DNA of 64,000 nt from the NCBI GenBank assembly GCA_000934665.2, contig KZ537955.1:1-64000 (forward strand), given 5' to 3'. The DNA comes from Catajapyx aquilonaris (Eukaryota). Below, in pieces: positions 58,301 to 64,000 of this stretch (the first letter of the stretch is position 1; every line of letters begins with the position of its first letter). The notes under the pieces were generated by a model. It was not told the origin of the DNA. It saw only the letters and a program-made list of their open reading frames with translations, and searched no databases. The position numbers were made by a program, and so were the translations under genes.

Positions 58301-61300
58301 GTTGTTTGGATGAAATTTCATCGTAATGTACGAGGCACTTTCAAAAGATTCAGGGGAAGAGAAATGGATGTAAATATTCTGCCCTTGGACGAATCTCGAA
58401 AGGGCATTGTAGTCTTTCCTCTGAATGCTGCTCTGCAGACAATGAAAACATGTTTACCTTCTTACAATAAGGATTCTGGATTCTTTGGGTACAGGACTTG
58501 CTGGTACCGTATACGCAATATATGCGAAGCTAGCAACAAGGGATTTTTTTTCTCCATTATATCAAGAGCGTTATGAAAAGAGAAAAAAATGTAAGCCATT
58601 AAAATGATAACGCCAAGGACTCCTGCCATGATCACGAGTAACTCATTACCAGAATGAATTTCGCGGAAACTCTGCGCCAAATGACTATATACTTTGGACC
58701 CTCTGTAAGCCCATCTCTCGTATGGTATGTCGCAGAATAATAACAGTTTACAAACACATCAGGTACATATTTTTTACTTTGTGACTATAATGCGTTTTCT
58801 TCGATATTGATAATTATTGCATGGACAATGAAAGCAAAATGTGCAGTGGTCGTTTGTAACTGTGCTGTCGTGTCATTTCATATCATTTTCTGATGTTTGT
58901 GGCACTTGACTCGCAGCAGGTGTCCACTTGAAGCCACTCAGGACTCAGCAAGTGTATCTATTAAAAATTAAAATGCAGATGGCCCGCAGTAAAATGCATG
59001 TCTTGGCCATTGTGTGTGATGCAGTACAGTACGATGCTTAATTTTAAATAAATTTTTGTATGACTTGCATTATATTTATATACGTTTTGTGAGAACTACA
59101 TTTGGCGCGCACTTTTGCATAACACTTTTGCGTAATTGATATTGTACAGCGGTTGTTGCTCTCTCGTTTCCTCTTTGTTATTGTTTTGAATGTACAGTGA
59201 TGACGGCATGCGATGTGGGCATACAGTGTGCACTCGTATTTATATAGCACTATAATAGCTAGATTTGTCCGGAAATAGTCCTCTTAGCGACCACTGCCGA
59301 TATTCAGTTCCGGTGAAACCTTGGAACCCAGGCAAATTGGCTTTGATGATAAATTTCCTGCCATGGGAGGGCCGCATAGCACTTCAGGTTCGTGACCTCA
59401 TATACCACATATATACTCTTCTCTCATCTGCCGCTGCTAATGCCAGCAGGTCACTTTAAATGTTTGAAAACAGAGTTGACCTCCGACAATAGTCTCAAGT
59501 GGAATGACTTAACCGACCTTGACTGCATGCTGTTCAAATGGATCAGGTTTAAGTAGATTATAGGTGACTGTCCTTGCTGTCGACATAGTTTTATAGCGAC
59601 ACTTGAGCTGGGTTGGAATGCGGGAACGGATAAAAACCAAGAGACACATCTAATTTTTGCAAATTTGCTAATGACATGTCGCTAACTGAATCGTTTTATT
59701 ATAGTAATACGGACAATTACATGTGGATCGGACACATATATTTCGAATCGATTCACTGCAGAATGCGGATGTGTTGTTTGAATATTTGCGAAAAACAACG
59801 ATAATGCCATCGCCTCATCGATATTATTAGGTATCCACACACACACACAAGCACCAAAAGTTGCGCAACAAAACTTGACCGGGGGTGAAAGCTAGTCTTG
59901 GAAGGGTGCCTAATTCGCGAGTTGCTGACATGGTAAAAGTTACAGTGCTTTGCATGTAAAATTGCCAGAGGAGGCTTGAAATTATGCATCATAAAACCTC
60001 ACAGTCCACTTTTACTCCGCCGAATATTCAATTCGACGCAAGTGATTCCCTCCAATTTTTCATCCTCGGACCGGTTCACACGTACATATTTGATTTTTTT
60101 AAAAAAAGAAGAAATCCGGATGCGAATTGAGAGTTTGCAAATCCCATGCATATATACTGCCGGAATTCTCGAATAACATTTACCAACATTTTTGCTGGCA
60201 TTATTTTTCAACCCAGATTAAAGTATACAACTTTTGTGTGTAATTCAGCCAATCTCATGCATGCGATAGCGCAGTACAAAGGCACAAAATCATCTTGCTG
60301 TTTCATTTAATCTGAGCATAAAATGTTTGAAAACTGTCACGCATTGTCGTCATGGCATATCAAAACCATGTTGCGTCAGCCACTCGTGCCTAAACCAATT
60401 TCGCAAAATCCATAACCCACCGGGCGTGTACCAAAGCCTCTGACCCCGCTGTTTGCAAACATTTTTTGACGACCAGATTTTATTCAATGCCACACAGAAA
60501 AACACCCGATGTTTTTTTCCCTGCCACACAGGATTTTCGCCAGCAATGTAGTTTGCACAAAATAAAACTATAAGTACTTTGGATATGACCTTTTTAATGC
60601 TACTATACTTTCTGCATATACTGCAGTTATATCTGGCTCGTTTTTCAAACTAGACGTGAGCTGCCAATCATTCATACACCCTGCAAAAATTTCGCATGCC
60701 ACACGACGCTAACATGACAAGCTATTGTTGTCAGCGATAAGATTCGCAATTCCTAACGTGCCGCCACGATATTATTACCATACAGCCAAAATGGGCAAGC
60801 GCTCTGTTGTTCAAGTTAACTTTCGCGGAGCACATTGTGTGCATAAGCATTTTGGCGAGTGAAGACACATGGACTTGACCCCGTTTTCCTCTTCCTTCTC
60901 GCGCCACCGCATTCTTTTGCCTTGCTAAGGTATGCGTGACGTAGTGCAAAAAAATTATTATATTAGCCAGCTCTGATTTCCACACGTGCTGATGCGTATG
61001 ATCCGTAACATGAACCAGGTTTAGCGGCAGTGTTGTTTGGAAGAAAAGTGGGCCACTATACAGCCAGAGAAAGGAGGTTTCAGTCATCTGTATTATACAG
61101 CACTTCCTGGCTACACCACTCTTGAAAAAGATAAAAGGACACTGCCTTCCTGCGATTAAGCCCCAATGGAAAAGAAGGTTTATCTCTCGAGATTTGGACG
61201 CAGGTTGCGACAGAACCTCCAGATTAGCTTGGGACATGCTGTGGCCGTGTATGTACATGAATCGCTGATTTGGTGCCTGGGATGTCGAGGTCGCCAAAAG

Positions 61301-64000
61301 GACGGGGACATCAGAGAGTTGCGAAAATTGGGAGTTAATATGAGGCGACGAGGGAGACTGTTTAAACACTGAAGGGGGATCGTAATATTTTAACGATTTT
61401 TCCCTTCTTTGAATGTGCAGCAAAGATTCGGTTGGATTCGCCAAAGCAAAGAGGATCCGTTCCTTTTGCAGGATATAAATACGCAAAAATATACAGTCGC
61501 ACATATGTTTGTCATTTACTTGAAATTAGACGTTTGTGGACAAATACCCCCATTTAAATGAATCAGCAACAATTAAGTCAAGTGGTACTGAACTTTCAGG
61601 TACAGATCAGCTTTTAAAGTACATCTATATAGCTGTAATTAATCAAGTGACGTGACTTTTCATCTTGCTGAGTTGATCACTTACAGAGGAAACAGATTAT
61701 GACGAGTGGGTTTGGAGGTACGAATAAGTTTAATTGCCTTATCGACAGAAGAGAATTAAAGGTTACAAAGAAAGACTTAAAGACAGTATTAGTGAACTGG
61801 ACGAATGCCATTTAAAGGATTTCCTTGTCTCGTTGCCATCAATTTAAATTTTGATGCTACCTGAAATTTACGGTTGAATTTATGCAGGTACCGGAACTAC
61901 GGCTGGCCTGCCAGTTAAGCTACAACACCGGTATTTTAACAGTTATTCTTGGCAGGATTCATCCGCTAACTACAAATCACAACAAGGTTGTATATGGTCC
62001 GGTTGCTTTTGGAGTCTACTTATCTATAGATATGTAATGTTCGTAATGTGATTTGTTGATAAATTTCAGTTGTGGGCTTTGTGTAGGATTTGTGGCTTAT
62101 CCCTGAGTGTGAAGCGTGGACTTATTTAGGGGAAACCCAACCAAGGCCAAGTTTTTCTCCAACTTGGAGCTAGGGATCTTTGTCGGTTTTTAAAAGGGAA
62201 GCCTGTTGGGGCTGCTGTGTAACATTATATGTCGGACCAAACGCGACCATTTTCTTCTTCTGAACTTCCCTCGGTCCTTCTTCTCTTTTTTTTCTCTCTC
62301 CCTCAACCTGGCAAGGGACCGTATTGCATAGCACTTTTGTTGGCGAGGGGTTTTTCAAAAGGTAACAGGTGGCTGGAAAGGAACATTGACAGAAAAGGTG
62401 TCCTTGAAAGGAAGGTCAACTGGTCGGAGTCCTTCCCAGTGGCCTTATACGGAAGTGAAGAGGAGAAAGAAAGAAAGAAAAAAAGATTCCGCGGTCGTGT
62501 ACGTGTAATTGTTGTCCACGTGTGTCGGGGCGTAATGACATCCACGGGGCGTCATTTTTGAGGCCGTGAAGAGTTGAGATTTATGTAAGGGGTAGGGAAC
62601 CATTATTTATGATCACGGTGACAGCACTACAGAACTAGTAACCTAGTGTTGTACGGCCATTCCCAAGCACATTATGATCAAGGTTTCCGGCTTCCCTCGC
62701 ACATTAAGTAAAAGGTCATGAATAGTGTCCTTACGACCATGAATTTGGGCGTAAGCACTATTATTTGCTATAGAAACTACACGGTGTAGTATGTAGTTGG
62801 CAATGTTGCGCAGAGAATTTTGAACTGAATTATGGAAGTTTAGGAGAGGTACTAGCTCGCTCCAAGTCACATAAAAGTGAGGGTGTTGCTTCGGAAGTTT
62901 TGACAGTGATGTATTGTAATTAGAAAGGTTCGTTTATTATTTATGAACTCGAAGGGGGCTTCCAGTGTTTTCAGATCTTATGGAATATTTCAGGCGCATT
63001 TGATTGTGGAAAAAAATTTGCATTTGTAATTTATGACCTGACCTTTGTTGTATAGTATTACTCAGAAACAAGATACAGAATCTACATCCGGCATCTGACA
63101 TATTGCTAATAAAATTGCTACGAGCGTAAGACACCTTTGTATTTAAATTAGTTGTTGTAGTGCTCGTGGATCATATTTACATTTGTACATATGTTGATAT
63201 TATAAGCGCACCGTATCCTGCTGTAGCTACACCTAACATGTTTGGGACATCCTGTTGCTTATATCTAGTAACTGTATGATCACACGATGTACGTTGTCCA
63301 ATGAAATGTTGTCTACAGAATAATTTGGACCAACCTCTAGCCACTATACAGGTGCTATATTTCTCATGATAACAATGCTGATGACAATACATGAGCACTG
63401 TACGTTTAGAAAAGGATCGGCAATGTTGATATCTAATTGAAAATGATGGTTTGATAATGTGACAAGTATACGATTCATCTACTATAGGAATTCATGAATG
63501 GTATCACATTCATTGGCTGTCAGCAAATATATGCAACAAACCAAGCACGTGTATACTAAACTGTTGGCTAATGGATGTAATAATGATTGATCATTAATTA
63601 GGAGTTAAACGTTTTGGGATCGGGAGCATATGCCACAAAAAAAAAGAATGTAGACAATTTTTTAAAAAATATCTGCATTGTATCTGTAGTTAAGCTCGAC
63701 AAACGCTGATATACTCTTTTTTTTACAAATTATTTGGTTGAATTTGTTATGTAGCATATTGTGTACGTTCTGGGTTGTTGGAACGATGCGCACATAATTA
63801 TATACTCCAATGATTTTATGCATTCTGTGCTTGCAATAAAAATCCACCGATGCTGTGTGCTCTATTCCAGGTGCATATACCGTACGTAGGTACAAAATAT
63901 GCGCCCGAGATAAATGTATAACCTAGATGTAAAACTAACATTTTTCCGCTCCAAGGGGAACGTGTATTCTGAATAATTACCCGGCATTTACATGCCCGGA

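Noticed and set aside
60731..61504. 257-aa minus-strand ORF
   Set aside because: Composition looks like random translation, with no recognisable domain or splice context. A BLASTX search would settle whether it is a TE remnant.

Overview
Eukaryotic, intron-containing genomic DNA from an arthropod (inferred from a clip-domain PPAF-like gene, an arthropod-type CUB gene and many 55-60 nt introns). Bases 1-25 kb are gene-dense: the 5' part of a clip-domain PPAF-like gene (-), a CD39/NTPDase-family gene (+), DDX56 (-) head-to-head with DHX15/Prp43 (+), two tandem SLC5 transporters (+), a secreted CUB-domain protein (-) and mitochondrial GrpE (-). A Merlin transposase remnant follows, then a REEP1-4-type gene (-) with apparently three alternative last exons, and the first coding exon of KDM3/JMJD1C (+), whose intron fills the last 22 kb with MITE, Helitron and satellite debris. 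Exon boundaries were read by hand from splice signals and reading phase. The strongest candidate for an undescribed system is DHX15 intron 13008-14016. It holds a cryptic acceptor leading to a premature stop, and that segment sits in long-range, partly mutually exclusive RNA helices, suggesting structure-gated autoregulatory splicing of an RNA helicase. The base complementarity is seen directly in the sequence; the function is inference.
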